Shown one piece after another: positions 6,100 to 6,641 of a stretch of DNA of 6,641 bases (its first letter is position 1; each line of letters opens with the position of its first letter). Source of the stretch: Candidatus Helarchaeota ASGARD archaeon Hel_GB_B (GTDB taxonomy: Archaea > Asgardarchaeota > Lokiarchaeia > Helarchaeales > HEL-GB-B); assembly GCA_005191425.1 (NCBI GenBank), contig SUPR01000148.1, forward strand, positions 1-6,641. Reading direction: 5' to 3'. The notes under the pieces are model-generated. The model was not told the DNA's origin. It worked only from the letters and a program-made list of their open reading frames with translations, and made no database searches. Made by a program: the position numbers and the translations under genes.

Positions 6100-6641
6100 A
6101 AAATTTTATATTTAATAAGATTTTTTCATTAATTTATTAAAAAATTTGATCAATCAATTAATTCATTAATTAAATAGTATTTACTTAATTGTAATATTGT
6201 GATCAATTCATTATTTTTAAATTTTAACACAATTTTAACTATTTAATTGATTTTTTTACCGATGATAATTTTTGAAAAAAAAGATTACTTGGGTGCTATA
6301 AATATTAAATATATAATCTCTTAAAGTGTATCAAATAAATTCTTAATTCTTTATGATTGAGTTATGAAAAATACAATTTTAAAAAATAAAAAATATTAAA
6401 TGCAATTTTTAAGAAATCAATTATCATGTATATTTATCGAATACAAACTTCAATATCTCTGATAGATGAAATTTTGAATTCTTTCAAGTTTATCTTAAAG
6501 ATAATTGCTTAAATTTTAAAAAGATAATGTAAAACTATTATAAAATTAAAAAATATTAAAATAAAAAAATAAACACATAACAAATTTTTAGGAAAAATTC
6601 ATTTCCAATAGAAATCTTTTTTTATCACAAATTTAAATTTT
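6100..6641. other. Very AT-rich non-coding region (upstream region of the orphan gene)
   Basis: Hand count gives 79 G+C in 521 nt for 6121-6641 (about 15% GC). No ORF in the track. It contains several short palindromes and degenerate repeats. Confidence 0.7.

Noticed and set aside
6387-6560. 14-bp direct repeat TAAAAAATATTAAA at 6387-6400 and 6547-6560
   Set aside because: A/T only in an 85% AT region, two copies, no spacer pattern. Not a CRISPR or iteron array.
1-6641. Selenocysteine or pyrrolysine recoding, frameshifts, tRNA, rRNA, CRISPR, IS elements
   Set aside because: All five genes are uninterrupted frames. No cloverleaf, repeat-spacer array, transposase or terminal inverted repeats were seen.

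Overview
AT-rich window (about 30% GC by eye) with archaeal-style signals: a GGTGA ribosome-binding site and T-tract terminators. An Asgard/Lokiarchaeia-like origin is possible but only an impression. The core is a + strand cluster of a tungsten aldehyde:ferredoxin oxidoreductase (AOR), a radical SAM enzyme with a 9-Cys SPASM-like C-terminus, and a MoaD/SAMP-type sulfur carrier whose di-glycine is masked by two extra residues (PPVGGG-FI). A close match to the ModE molybdate/tungstate operator sits just upstream of aor. A cobalamin-binding radical SAM gene is transcribed divergently, runs off the left edge and is missing from the ORF track. To the right are a convergent 167-aa orphan and about 540 bp of roughly 85% AT non-coding DNA. 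No rRNA, tRNA, CRISPR array or mobile element was recognised. Family and motif assignments come from recalled knowledge, not database searches.
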